From Limisphaerales bacterium (GTDB lineage Bacteria > Verrucomicrobiota > Verrucomicrobiia > Limisphaerales > AAA164-E04): a stretch of 64,000 nt of DNA. The position numbers were made by a program, and so were the translations under genes. The stretch covers positions 2,766,692 through 2,830,691 of the forward strand of contig OZ251460.1 in assembly GCA_965242585.1 (NCBI GenBank), given 5' to 3'. Below the pieces are notes generated by a model. The model saw only the letters and a list, made by a program, of their open reading frames with translations. It made no database searches and had not been told where the DNA came from. The stretch's first letter is position 1, and each line of letters opens with the position of its first letter. Positions 8,827-18,338 of the stretch are shown here, in pieces.

Positions 8827-9727
8827 TCATATAGTTATTTCAATAATTTTCATAGTGTCGTTGCCGAAGATGTCGACTACTTTGACCGCTAACTTGCGCC
8901 GGCCGGACAACACGGCTCGCGGCGCACTCACTAACTCCAACCGCCGCTCCGGCCTCGTCCGAAAACTCTGCCACTCATTCTCAAACACATAATCCCCCGT
9001 CCACTGCTCCTCCCACTTCCCCGTCTCCGCATCCTGTTCCCATATCATCTCCTTCTTGCTCTCAAACTCATAATCTACCGCCCAATAATCTATCCAATCG
9101 GTCCACTCCTTAGTCAACACTTCCCGCCGCAACACTCCCTGCCAGTCCTTCGTCACCCTCACCATCCGCCCGCTGTCCACGATTATCTTGCTCCCGCTTC
9201 GCTTCTTCTCCAACGCCAGCTCCGCATTCGCTATCGAATCCTGCGTCCAATACACCGAAAAGTCCGCCAACTCCACCGCCACCGTCGCCATCTTCCCCGC
9301 CTTCCACAATATGCGGACTGAGCCCCATATACGCCATATCGTGGAACACCACCTAATGCTTTTCCACCGCCCGCCGGTCAAACACATCGCGCGGAATATA
9401 CTTCGGCGTCAACGCAACGCCTTGGGACTTGGCCGCTTCTAGCGCGTGGGGAAACAAACCCATCTCAAACTCAAAACCTAAGACATCCACTTTGGTGCCC
9501 CCATATTTGCGGCACTCTGCAATCGCCGCTTCTATATCTAGCCTGTTGACCGGCAGGTCAATGGGGCCGACGACTACCATCCGATCATACTTTTTGCCGT
9601 GAAAGACGCGGCATTGTTCCACTTGCCGCCGATTGCCGGAGAACAATCGCCAACGATATTTATCCGGCAACGGCTCATCCCGCTCAATCCGCCGAATAAT
9701 CTCCTGCTTTTCCCGCTCGCTTAGCAT
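8827..9727 (-). pseudogene. Relic of a site-specific DNA methyltransferase (catalytic core deleted, at least 2 frameshifts)
   Basis: Three frames must be joined. ORF 9353..9727 reads EKQEIIRRIERDEPLPDKYRWRLF ... IPRDVFDRRAVEKH. The frame of ORF 9110..9352 then opens with VVFHDMAYMGLSP. ORF 8827..9387 reads ...IDYWAVDYEFES...RKLAVKVVDIFGNDTMKIIEITI. These resemble the N-terminal leader and C-terminal module of long adenine methylases. No SAM-binding or (D/S)PPY block is present. Confidence 0.5.
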
Positions 9728-9982
9728 GGGTTTGGCGGGAAAGAATTATGGATAGGCAGGAGGCGCGAGGAGGCGTGGCCGGCTGGCTCTTTTGCGGAGC
9801 GGTTGCTAGGGATGCGGCGATGTTTTGGATGCCGTTGTTTTCTTTTCATTGCGCAAAATGGATTGGCAAACTACCAAATCTTTCGCACCAAGGCAAAAGG
9901 AAATGTGAGCGAAACGGGAGGGGAATGGTTGCGCCGGGAGAAAATAGATGTTTTACTGGCCTTGAGGAGGTTTTGACTGGCT

Positions 9983-10723
9983 ATGCAACGGAAGCGCAAG
10001 ATTTCTTTTGTCGTCCCCGCTTTTAACGAGGAGAAGCTGCTTCCTTTGTGTTTGGCGTCTATTGGCGAGGCGGCAGCGGTTTTTGCCGAAGGCGGTTGGG
10101 AATGGGAGGTGATTGTGTGCGACAACAATTCTAGTGATGGGACGGCTCAGGTGGCGCGGGAGGCTGGGGCTGGCGTGGTTTTTGAGGGGGAGAATCAAAT
10201 TGCCCGGGCTCGCAATCGAGGGGCTTCTGCGGCCAGCGGGGATTGGCTGGTGTTTGTGGACGCGGATTCTTTGGTTTCGCGGGGATTGCTGGAAGATCTT
10301 CGCCAAGTGATTTGCAGCGATCAAGCGATTGGTGGAAGCTGTTGTCTGGCTTGCCGAGGAGTTTCCAGTGCAAGGATGCAGTGGATGTTTCATATATGGA
10401 ATCGGATTAGCTGTTTTTTTCGCTGGGCGGCCGGCTCGTTTTTGTTTTGTCGCCGGGATGTTTTTGAAAGGTTGGGCGGGTTTAGTTTGCGGTATTTTGC
10501 CGCCGAGGATGTGGAGTTGGGGCGGCGGATGAAACGAGCGGCTCGTCGGGAGGGGAAGTCGGTGGTTATTCTCGACAAACATCCTTTGTTGACTTCTGCC
10601 CGAAAGCTGGAGTTGTATTCTTTTGCTGAATTTATCATTACTTTGGTTAAATTGACGCTTTGTCATCGGTGGATGGTGCGAAGCCGCAAGACTTGTTTTT
10701 ACTGGTATGACGGGAGGCGTTGA
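9983..10723 (+). CDS. Family 2 glycosyltransferase
   Basis: ISFVVPAFNEEKLLPLCLASI, VCDNNSSDGTAQVAREAGA and ARNRGASAASGDWLVFVDADS (a DxD-like motif). GGAGG lies upstream of the ATG. Confidence 0.8.
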   Translation: MQRKRKISFVVPAFNEEKLLPLCLASIGEAAAVFAEGGWEWEVIVCDNNSSDGTAQVAREAGAGVVFEGENQIARARNRGASAASGDWLVFVDADSLVSRGLLEDLRQVICSDQAIGGSCCLACRGVSSARMQWMFHIWNRISCFFRWAAGSFLFCRRDVFERLGGFSLRYFAAEDVELGRRMKRAARREGKSVVILDKHPLLTSARKLELYSFAEFIITLVKLTLCHRWMVRSRKTCFYWYDGRR

Positions 10724-10728
10724 TAGTT

Positions 10729-12192
10729 TTAGACGGCGCAAGGGGCGAGGATTGCGTCTCGCATGCCGTGGAGGATTTTTTTGTCGGCTGGACAGATGGT
10801 GGCGAGGCAACCGCTTAGTTCCGCTTTGGCGCGGTCTTTCTCGCCGCTTACGAAGTAGTAAGGGCAAAGCCGCGCCCTTCCCGTCATTGGTTGTAAAGTT
10901 CCGTTCTCGAAGTTCGCCCATCGGCTTTTTACGATTTTCGGTTTTGTAAATCGTTGGAGGATGTAGGGGTTTTTGCCAAAAAGGTTAATCGCTTGCTCTA
11001 CAACCCGGCTCCAATCTTCTGCGGATAGATCGCTGCCCAAATGCACGCCACGCGCGCCCCAGGCTTCCGGCGCAAAACCCGATATTTTTAAAATAAGGCG
11101 GCGGTCTTTCTGGGAGAGGTTTTTGAGTTGGCGCCAATCGGTCAGGCCAAGTTCTGGGTAGGCGGCGTGAGGGGGCAAAGGGGTTGGATCCAGCGTCCAA
11201 GTATAAGGAATGCGGGTTTGCAGTTTGCGAAAGAATCCTTCCCCCAATTCTTGGCGCCAAAAGGCGCGCAAATTGCGGTTCCACAGAAGCGCGAAGAGCA
11301 TTTTTTCTTCAAAAACGTATTTGGGAGGCGGGGTGAGGGAGATGGATTTTTGGATGGCTAAGTCGAAAATACGGGCGGCGTTGGGAACGTTTTTGAGATC
11401 GAACAGTTCGAAAAATCGATACACGGCGTCGCCTGGGACAAACTCGTCAAAGTTGGACGTTCGAACAGCGCACGAATTGCCAACCGAGTTGCCGACGGAA
11501 ACTTGCGCGGCCAACCATTCCATTTCGGGACGGTACGAAGCGGATTCTTCGGAAACAACTAAGTGAATGCGGTGGGAATCTGCAAAAATGCTACGAAACC
11601 CATCAACGGGTCCCAAACGGCCGCCGATCATCGATTTGCCCTGCCAAAGCGTTTCCCCAGCGGCTGTTTCGGGCGAGGCCGCGTCCGGTTTTGAGAGTGC
11701 TGTTTTTTCCGCTTCTCGTGCTAGCAGATCGTAGGATTGATGGAGCCAGCCGATCAGCCCGATACCTCCGGGAACGCTGTCCAGTTCCGTGATGGAAAAG
11801 CCTTCTTCGGCAAGGATTATATCCGGGCGGATCACGCGGGGGACTTGTTGCTTGAAGGCTGGGTTGCGCTGGAGTTGCACTAACCATTCGGGCTTGCCTT
11901 GATCCAACAAGGCCGCAATCCACGACGGGAGTTTTCCCGCCGCGCTTTTTCGATAGAGCAAGTCACTCGCTTTATAAAACCGCAACAGCATCCGCCCCAG
12001 TTGGCGAAGTTCTTCGGCGAGACGCGGCGCTAAAAGAAAGGGATCGGGAGAAATTCTCCATTCTTGTCCGGCAAACAGGCCGCCGCTGGGCAAGCAGGAT
12101 CGAAGGAATTCGGCTCGCTCCATCGGGCTTGGCGACGGCGCAAACGGAGGCATCGCTCTTCTGTCGAGGGACACTGACGGCGAGGCGGACAT
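10729..12192 (-). CDS. Hypothetical protein, possibly an ATP-grasp-like ligase (glutathione-synthase-like fold)
   Basis: 487-aa ORF starting 12 nt downstream of the proA stop on the same strand. Patterns reminiscent of ATP-grasp or circularly permuted ATP-grasp ligases are VIRPDIILAEEGFSITELDSVPGGIG, YVFEEKMLFALLWN, LILKISGFAPEAWGARGVHLG and PYILQRF. The family assignment is from memory only. Confidence 0.45.
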   Translation of the reverse strand: MSASPSVSLDRRAMPPFAPSPSPMERAEFLRSCLPSGGLFAGQEWRISPDPFLLAPRLAEELRQLGRMLLRFYKASDLLYRKSAAGKLPSWIAALLDQGKPEWLVQLQRNPAFKQQVPRVIRPDIILAEEGFSITELDSVPGGIGLIGWLHQSYDLLAREAEKTALSKPDAASPETAAGETLWQGKSMIGGRLGPVDGFRSIFADSHRIHLVVSEESASYRPEMEWLAAQVSVGNSVGNSCAVRTSNFDEFVPGDAVYRFFELFDLKNVPNAARIFDLAIQKSISLTPPPKYVFEEKMLFALLWNRNLRAFWRQELGEGFFRKLQTRIPYTWTLDPTPLPPHAAYPELGLTDWRQLKNLSQKDRRLILKISGFAPEAWGARGVHLGSDLSAEDWSRVVEQAINLFGKNPYILQRFTKPKIVKSRWANFENGTLQPMTGRARLCPYYFVSGEKDRAKAELSGCLATICPADKKILHGMRDAILAPCAV

Positions 12193-12204
12193 TGCGTTCG
12201 TTCT

Positions 12205-13491
12205 TCAATGACGCACTTGGCCTTGGCCAAATCCAAGCCACTTGTAACTGGTCAACTCTTCCAAGCCCATCGGGCCTCGGGCGCCAATTTTGTCGGTGCT
12301 GATGCCGATTTCCGCGCCCATGCCGAACTCGCCGCCATCTGTAAACCGAGTGGAAGCGTTCCAGTAAACGGTTGAAGCGTCCACTTCGTTCATAAATTTC
12401 CGGGCGGTGCTTTCGTTTCTGGTAGCGATGGCTTCGGCGTTTCCCGACCCAAATTCGTTGATGTGTTGGATCGCCTCTTGAACGCCGTCGACGATCTTGA
12501 CCGAGAGAATCAAATCCAGATATTCGGTTTTCCAATCGTCTTCCGAAGCCGTCTCCAGTTTGGCTCCTTGGGGGCGAGTTTGTCCGTCAACGGCCTGAAG
12601 GAGTTTTGCGTCTCCGCGGATTTCCACGCCGCGTTCCCAAAGATTTCGGACGACAAGAGGGGCAAACTCGCTTTTAATGGGATCGTCAATGAGAAGGGTT
12701 TCGACGGCATTGCAGACGCCCGGTCGTTGGGTTTTTGCATTGACGACAATGGCCGCAGCTTGGTCAAAATCGGCGTCGCGATCTACATAGACATGACAGA
12801 TTCCTTTGTAGTGCTTGATCACGGGAACGCGGGAACATTCTACCACGGCGCGAATCAATCCTTCTCCGCCTCTGGGCATGCACAAGTCGATATGCTCGGT
12901 CAACGAAAGGAGCGCGGGAATCGCTTGCCGATCGGGAGTTGGGATCACTTGTATAGCGTGCGGCGGAAATCCCGGACACCGCTTCCGAGCGGCCTCGTTC
13001 ATCACTTCGGCAAGAATTCGATTCGAGTGAATCGCTTCCTTGCCGCCGCGCAAAATGACGGCGTTGCCCGACTTCAAACACAGGCCGGCAGCGTCCGCCG
13101 TGACGTTCGGCCGAGATTCGTAAATAATCAAAATCACGCCGATCGGCGTCGAAACTTTCCGCAACCTAAGCCCATTAGGACGCACGCGCTCTTCCAAAAT
13201 CCGGCCGACCGGATCCGGCAAATCCGCCGCTTCCCGCAAACCGCGGCTCATCCCCGCAATTCGTTTGTCCGTCAACTCCAACCGATCCAACAACGCGCCA
13301 GAAAGCCCCCTTTGCCGGCCAAACTCCATATCCTTCCGGTTCTCCGCCTGAATAGCCTCGCTCTTTGCGTCAATCGCCTCTCCCATGCTTCTGAGACAAG
13401 CATTCCGATCCCCCGCCGAAAGCCGAGCCAAAGAGCGAGAATCCGCCTTGGACCGACGGGCGATTTCCGTCATTTCTTTCTGCAACAACAT
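12205..13491 (-). CDS. proA: Glutamate-5-semialdehyde dehydrogenase (gamma-glutamyl phosphate reductase)
   Basis: ORF 12205..13716, but the homology starts at the ATG at 13491 (MLLQKEMTEIARRSKADSRSLARLS). It has an aldehyde-dehydrogenase-like core with VCNAVETLLID (catalytic Cys) and STRFTDGGEFGMGAEIGIST. Confidence 0.92.
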   Translation of the reverse strand: MLLQKEMTEIARRSKADSRSLARLSAGDRNACLRSMGEAIDAKSEAIQAENRKDMEFGRQRGLSGALLDRLELTDKRIAGMSRGLREAADLPDPVGRILEERVRPNGLRLRKVSTPIGVILIIYESRPNVTADAAGLCLKSGNAVILRGGKEAIHSNRILAEVMNEAARKRCPGFPPHAIQVIPTPDRQAIPALLSLTEHIDLCMPRGGEGLIRAVVECSRVPVIKHYKGICHVYVDRDADFDQAAAIVVNAKTQRPGVCNAVETLLIDDPIKSEFAPLVVRNLWERGVEIRGDAKLLQAVDGQTRPQGAKLETASEDDWKTEYLDLILSVKIVDGVQEAIQHINEFGSGNAEAIATRNESTARKFMNEVDASTVYWNASTRFTDGGEFGMGAEIGISTDKIGARGPMGLEELTSYKWLGFGQGQVRH

Positions 13492-13634
13492 AACGACATC
13501 ATAAATGCCGCTTCGGAAGTTTTGAAACAGCAAAATTCCCCGCCGTCCCGCCTCTTCCCATCCACCAACGAGAAAACGACAACCCGGAAAATCCAAACGC
13601 AACCGGCCCCTCCATCCCGTCGGCAACGCAGTCC

Positions 13635-14432
13635 ATGATTTCCACCGAACAACACAACCAATGGGCATGGGACAATCTCGCTCGGCAAGGTTCCGGCTTT
13701 GCCCGGCCGGCAACAAACGAAGACTTCCAACATCCAGAACGAGTGATCAATCCCTTTGGCTGGATTCCCGGAACAGTCGCTGGAAAACAAGTGCTTTGTC
13801 TAGCGGCCGGCGGCGGCAGACACGGACCGATCTTCGCTTCCCAACAAGCGGACGTCACCGTAGTCGACCTAAGCGAGACAATGCTAAGACTGGACCGAGA
13901 AATCGCCCGCCGGGAAAAAGTGCCTCTAAAAACTATAAAAACCTCAATGAACAATCTCAGCGCCTTGGGCAACGGAATTTTCGACATCGTCCTGCAACCC
14001 GTTAGCACTTGCTACATAGAAAACATTCAGACGGTCTACAAGGAAGTGGCGCGAGTAATAAAAACAGGAGGCATTTACATTTCCCAACACAAACAACCAA
14101 TCAGCCTTCAAGCCGCCGCCAAACCCTCCGCCAACGGCGTCTACAACATCCAAGAGTCTTACTACCGCTCCGGCCCGCTCCCCTCTGTAATCAACTCCGA
14201 ACATCGAGAAGCAAACACAAAAGAATTTCTCCACCCACTCGAAGCCATACTAGGAGGAATGTGTGCGCAAGGCTTTGCCATCAACGATGTAAAAGAGCCA
14301 AGACACGCCGACCCCTCGGCAACCAAAGGAAGCTTCCAAGAACGTTGCCTCTACGTGCCACCTTATATCGCCGTCAAAGCAACCCTCACCACCCCGAACA
14401 CCCCACAATCCTCACTTTGGACGCCTAGTTAA
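13635..14432 (+). CDS. Class I SAM-dependent methyltransferase
   Basis: Motif I VLCLAAGGGRHGP, the acidic post-I residue in VTVVDLSETML, and FDIVLQPVS. It is divergent from proA with about 143 nt between the starts. Confidence 0.75.
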   Translation: MISTEQHNQWAWDNLARQGSGFARPATNEDFQHPERVINPFGWIPGTVAGKQVLCLAAGGGRHGPIFASQQADVTVVDLSETMLRLDREIARREKVPLKTIKTSMNNLSALGNGIFDIVLQPVSTCYIENIQTVYKEVARVIKTGGIYISQHKQPISLQAAAKPSANGVYNIQESYYRSGPLPSVINSEHREANTKEFLHPLEAILGGMCAQGFAINDVKEPRHADPSATKGSFQERCLYVPPYIAVKATLTTPNTPQSSLWTPS

Positions 14433-15093
14433 ATCCACAATAATTTTAAATCTTCTATTCAATTCCACTTTTACAAAGAATGGGTTTGACATTAGAAAAC
14501 CTCCAAAAAAAAGCCAAAAGGAACCTCTCCAAACTTTCACAACCTTTCCTAAACCTTCCGCATCGACCACAGTTTGAATTCCCAACATAACACCTCGTCC
14601 AGCGCTTTTCTTATCTCTCGTTTTCCTCAAACCGTCCATTGACGGCAACACGACAACTTCTCAGCGAGACTACCAAACCACCAAAACCGCCTTCATCTCT
14701 GATCTCTTTTCAGCGTTGATCTATCTGGAGGTTGTTTAGTTTGGAGGCGCATGTAGTTTTAGAACATTATTCAGCTAACACAAACTTTGAAAATCCCTTG
14801 CGATCAAAAGAGTTTAGAGGAAAGGCTTCGTTTTCTCCAACACAATCGGAATCGGCAATCCAGCTTGGTTTATCGAGGTGAGTTGGATGGAGAGCGCTTG
14901 ACTGGCCGGAATGGATTGTTTGAGGATCAAAAGAGTTATTTGTCTTTGGGCTGGTTGGTTGCGGAGGATTGGGAATGGTGGTTAGATTACAAGGGAGGCG
15001 TTTTAGGATTGTTGCTGGCGCTGGTGGTTTTCTAGTATTGAGGGGCAGGTGTTTTTGGGGTGTTTGTCTTGGGGTTGATTGTAGTTGTGGGGG

Positions 15094-15900
15094 TTAGATT
15101 ATGAGGGATGTGTTTTGGGGGCGTTGTTTGCCGCCATGAACGGATGGCTCGGCGCACCACTTGGCGGCGAGTTGGCGGACGGCATCATAAATATCTTCGC
15201 CAAAATCAAGCCATTCGCAGATTACTTTTTTGTCTAACAATTTACGAGTATCATCTTCATAAGCAATATAAGCAGGCAAGAATCGCTTGTTTCGAAACTG
15301 CTCAAAGATGCGTTTGGCTTGATCCAACTAATCTTTAAAGATTGGCTAGTAGTTGATTTCAAGGATTTGTTCCAAGCGTTCAAAGTAGCGTCTTTGCGGT
15401 TGCGCACAAAGCGGCCGCAAACCCGATTGATAGGGAGGATGTGATTATTAGCACCGGTGATGCATTCATGGAAGATGAGGGCGTTGACAATGACGGCGCA
15501 AGTCGTCGGCGGTTCGATCAGAGGTGCTTTTCCGAACGTCGACTAAATGGATGAGGTCGGTCAAATTGCTGACAGAACCTTTCAGCCAGCCGGTTTTAGG
15601 AAAGCGGTCGTTGTTTGGATAAACGGCGTAATACGACAAATGGGAGGGCTTCTAATGCCTTCTCCATATTGTCGGCCTGCGCTAGCGACCGGATAGCGCG
15701 CGGCGGTGACCGCTTCAATCGGATGCGTCTGGTTGCGAACCTTCAGGCTAACTCGCTCATCGGCTTCTTTTTCGACGTTGGGAGTGGTCGTATTCGGCTT
15801 CGATGATCACCGGCGACCGGCCTTCGCCGGTAATCGAAATGTCCGGCCGTTTGCCAGGTTTTTTTGGAGATAACGTCGGTGTTTTCTATCGGACCATTAC
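15094..15900 (-). pseudogene. Multi-frameshifted relic of a PD-(D/E)xK-type nuclease-like gene
   Basis: No long ORF exists here. Minus-strand pieces in different frames read KRPDISITGEGRSPVIIEAEYDHS (a PD..E.E/K-like core), then NVEKEADERVSLKVRNQTHPIEAVTAARYP, AVIVNALIFHECITG, and finally ORF 15094..15327. It lies directly downstream of the R-M pair. Confidence 0.3.
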
Positions 15901-16095
15901 CATTCGGCAACATTTATGTGAGCAAATTTTTCTAATTCGGTGTTGGCTAATTATTCCGATTGAGTTGGGCAGAGAAAATTCGCAATACTCAGTTACACGT
16001 GTTAAGTCGCCAGTCGAGATATTTGCAACATGTGAAGGAAAAAGAGCGTAAAGATTATCGAAATTTTCTATGGGTGACAATCCAAAGGAGAGACT

Positions 16096-17187
16096 TTATG
16101 TTTGCACGACCTCGTTCCAAGCATCTTTTAACTGGAAACTCACTGACAAATCGCTCTCTAAACCGGAGACATACTTATGCACAAATGCGCTTGTGTCTCG
16201 AGTTAAACGGAGGTAATACTTCAACGTGTGACTAACACCATTTGCTATTAACTGACAACCATGCGCTCGAGCAATTTGTTGAATATCCGATTTAAATTTA
16301 GAATAATCGCCGTGTGGATAAGTTGTTAGAATATAAAACCTTTTAACTGGGGTTTTTTGCAATTTCTCGAAAGAATTCTGAATCAAGCCCGAAGTAATCG
16401 GTATATTATGCTTAATTTCATAGCCTTCAAACAAGGTGTTATCGGAATCTACAATATGCACATCGCCAATCAATTCCGTCCGCCGATCAGCGGTATTATG
16501 GTGTTCGACAGGCAAAACAGCGCAATTGTTATAGCGCCCTACTTCCCGTACCAATACACTTAAAATAGCATGTACTACCAACACCGGCAATCGTGCTACT
16601 CCTTGCAATTGAACGCTATAATGTCGACTTATTCGATCCACTACTTCATCGACAGAAAGATTGACCGGTCGGGAAAGAACAAGATTTACATTGTCGTCTC
16701 TGAATCGAATCAAGCCAATGAATATGGCGATCATGATATTTTCAGCCGACAATCCGTGACATTGCACTCCGTTGACGAGTTTGAGAAATGCATTTTTGAC
16801 CGCAGCCGGCTTCATGTTCCCCGGATAGTGCAAGTCATAAGGCCGGGCTTGCTCCAGTGATCTGGTTAGCCACCCTGAACCGCTCTGCATATGTGGAAAG
16901 CTTTTTTCCTTTAGGAAAGGAGTAACTACTCGCGAGTCTAATCCTCTGCCGCTGAATCCTCCGCTCATTCCCGATTGGTGCAGTCTGATATCCTGGATTG
17001 GATTCATTAGTTTCTTCAGCAACAATGTAGTCAAGACAGCCAGAATGGCCTTGCTTTGTTCCTGATGATCTATAATAATTCGGCAGTATAGATCATAGGG
17101 ATTTGATAGTTTTGGAAGTGTTTTCTGGTTCGAATGTAAAGCCAACGCCCGATTGTACAGTTCACTAATTCTTTGTTTTTCGTTCAT
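16096..17187 (-). CDS. Putative type II restriction endonuclease (cognate to the adjacent methylase)
   Basis: 363-aa ORF starting 39 nt downstream of the methylase stop on the same strand. It is AT-rich. A candidate PD-(D/E)xK core is present in IGDVHIVDSDNTLFEGYEIKH. I recognise no other family signature. Confidence 0.5.
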   Translation of the reverse strand: MNEKQRISELYNRALALHSNQKTLPKLSNPYDLYCRIIIDHQEQSKAILAVLTTLLLKKLMNPIQDIRLHQSGMSGGFSGRGLDSRVVTPFLKEKSFPHMQSGSGWLTRSLEQARPYDLHYPGNMKPAAVKNAFLKLVNGVQCHGLSAENIMIAIFIGLIRFRDDNVNLVLSRPVNLSVDEVVDRISRHYSVQLQGVARLPVLVVHAILSVLVREVGRYNNCAVLPVEHHNTADRRTELIGDVHIVDSDNTLFEGYEIKHNIPITSGLIQNSFEKLQKTPVKRFYILTTYPHGDYSKFKSDIQQIARAHGCQLIANGVSHTLKYYLRLTRDTSAFVHKYVSGLESDLSVSFQLKDAWNEVVQT

Positions 17188-17225
17188 AGTGTCATTTTTT
17201 TGCTATTGGATTCGCAAAATGTGAG

Positions 17226-18296
17226 TCAGAGTAATTTGGGTTGGCCCGGATTTTGAGACATTCGTTCCAAAGCGGCGGCGCAGTAGTTTGGGCTGATGTC
17301 GATTCCCATGCAGCTTCTGTCTTCTATGGAAGCGGCGATCATAGTGGAACCACTGCCCAGATACGGGTCAAGCACCAATCCTTTCGGTGGGCACAGCAGG
17401 CGGATCATCTCCCGGATTATACGAACGGGAAATATTGCCGGGTGACCGTTTCCGGGGAGGTTTTCTACGGGACTTTCAATGATGTCTCGCTTCATTGGTT
17501 GACCGGAGATGCGGATGATGGTAAATCCATCTCGATCGATGTGCATTTTGCGCCCGCCCGCTTGCCCGCCGTAAGCCGGGGCGTGAATGCCTCGGATTTT
17601 CATTCGGAAGCTGTGAATGGCGCCGCTACGAACCTCGTCAATAGCCTGATCTAATGCTGTGTGAGCCATAGCTCGCTCTTTGGAATTTAGGGCGGCAGTT
17701 TTGAGGAGTTTTCTATAGCGGTTTCCTAGTTTGTCTGTGGGAGTGCGTCGGCGAGGCTCTTCTTTGCTTGGTTGAAAGGAGGCTCGGTTATGGTAGTAGT
17801 TAGCGCCAAGGGCGAAGTGAAAGAATGGTTCCGTGCTGTTGGTCAATCGTCGGGTGAATTGGTGGGGCGCCGGGTTTTGTTTTATCCAAGTAACGTCATT
17901 GACAAGCCTTAGGCCGAGCTCGTTGACGGTTCTGAGGGCGAATTGGTAGGGGATGAGTTGCAGGCTTCCGGCAATGATTTTATCGCCTATGTTGTATACG
18001 ATGTTGCCTGTAGGTTTTGTCACTCGTATGACTTCCCCGAGTGTTGCGATAATGTTGTCTAGATATTCGCCGATTGTGTTTTCATTGCCTTGCCCGGAAG
18101 ACGAGTATTCTCGCTGTTGGAAGTAAGGGGGCGAGGTAATGGTTAGGTCAACGAAGTTCGGAGGAAGGTTGGGGAGAACGTCTAAGTTGTCTCCGCAGCT
18201 TATGGTGTATTTTTCCTTTATAGTGTTGGCGGCGGCGGGGTGTGGGTTGTGTTTGGCTGTTTGAGGAGCAATGGGAGGCTTTTTGGTGTAGCGCAT
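17226..18296 (-). CDS. DNA methyltransferase, beta class (motif IV before motif I), likely N4-cytosine or N6-adenine
   Basis: DLTITSPPYFQQREY (motif IV, SPPY) is near the N-terminus. LVLDPYLGSGSTMIAA (motif I) is near the C-terminus. The ATG is at 18294-18296. Confidence 0.85.
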   Translation of the reverse strand: MRYTKKPPIAPQTAKHNPHPAAANTIKEKYTISCGDNLDVLPNLPPNFVDLTITSPPYFQQREYSSSGQGNENTIGEYLDNIIATLGEVIRVTKPTGNIVYNIGDKIIAGSLQLIPYQFALRTVNELGLRLVNDVTWIKQNPAPHQFTRRLTNSTEPFFHFALGANYYHNRASFQPSKEEPRRRTPTDKLGNRYRKLLKTAALNSKERAMAHTALDQAIDEVRSGAIHSFRMKIRGIHAPAYGGQAGGRKMHIDRDGFTIIRISGQPMKRDIIESPVENLPGNGHPAIFPVRIIREMIRLLCPPKGLVLDPYLGSGSTMIAASIEDRSCMGIDISPNYCAAALERMSQNPGQPKLL

Positions 18297-18338
18297 TTTT
18301 CTATTAACACGGTTTATTGCTTTCGTCGTGAGGGAGTT

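Noticed and set aside
9953-10921. 322-aa minus-strand ORF opposite the GT2 glycosyltransferase.
   Set aside because: It is antisense to a gene with clear GT2 motifs, and its product is low-complexity and Pro/Arg/Lys-rich.
12463-13638. 391-aa plus-strand ORF opposite proA.
   Set aside because: It is antisense to a well-supported proA and has no motifs.
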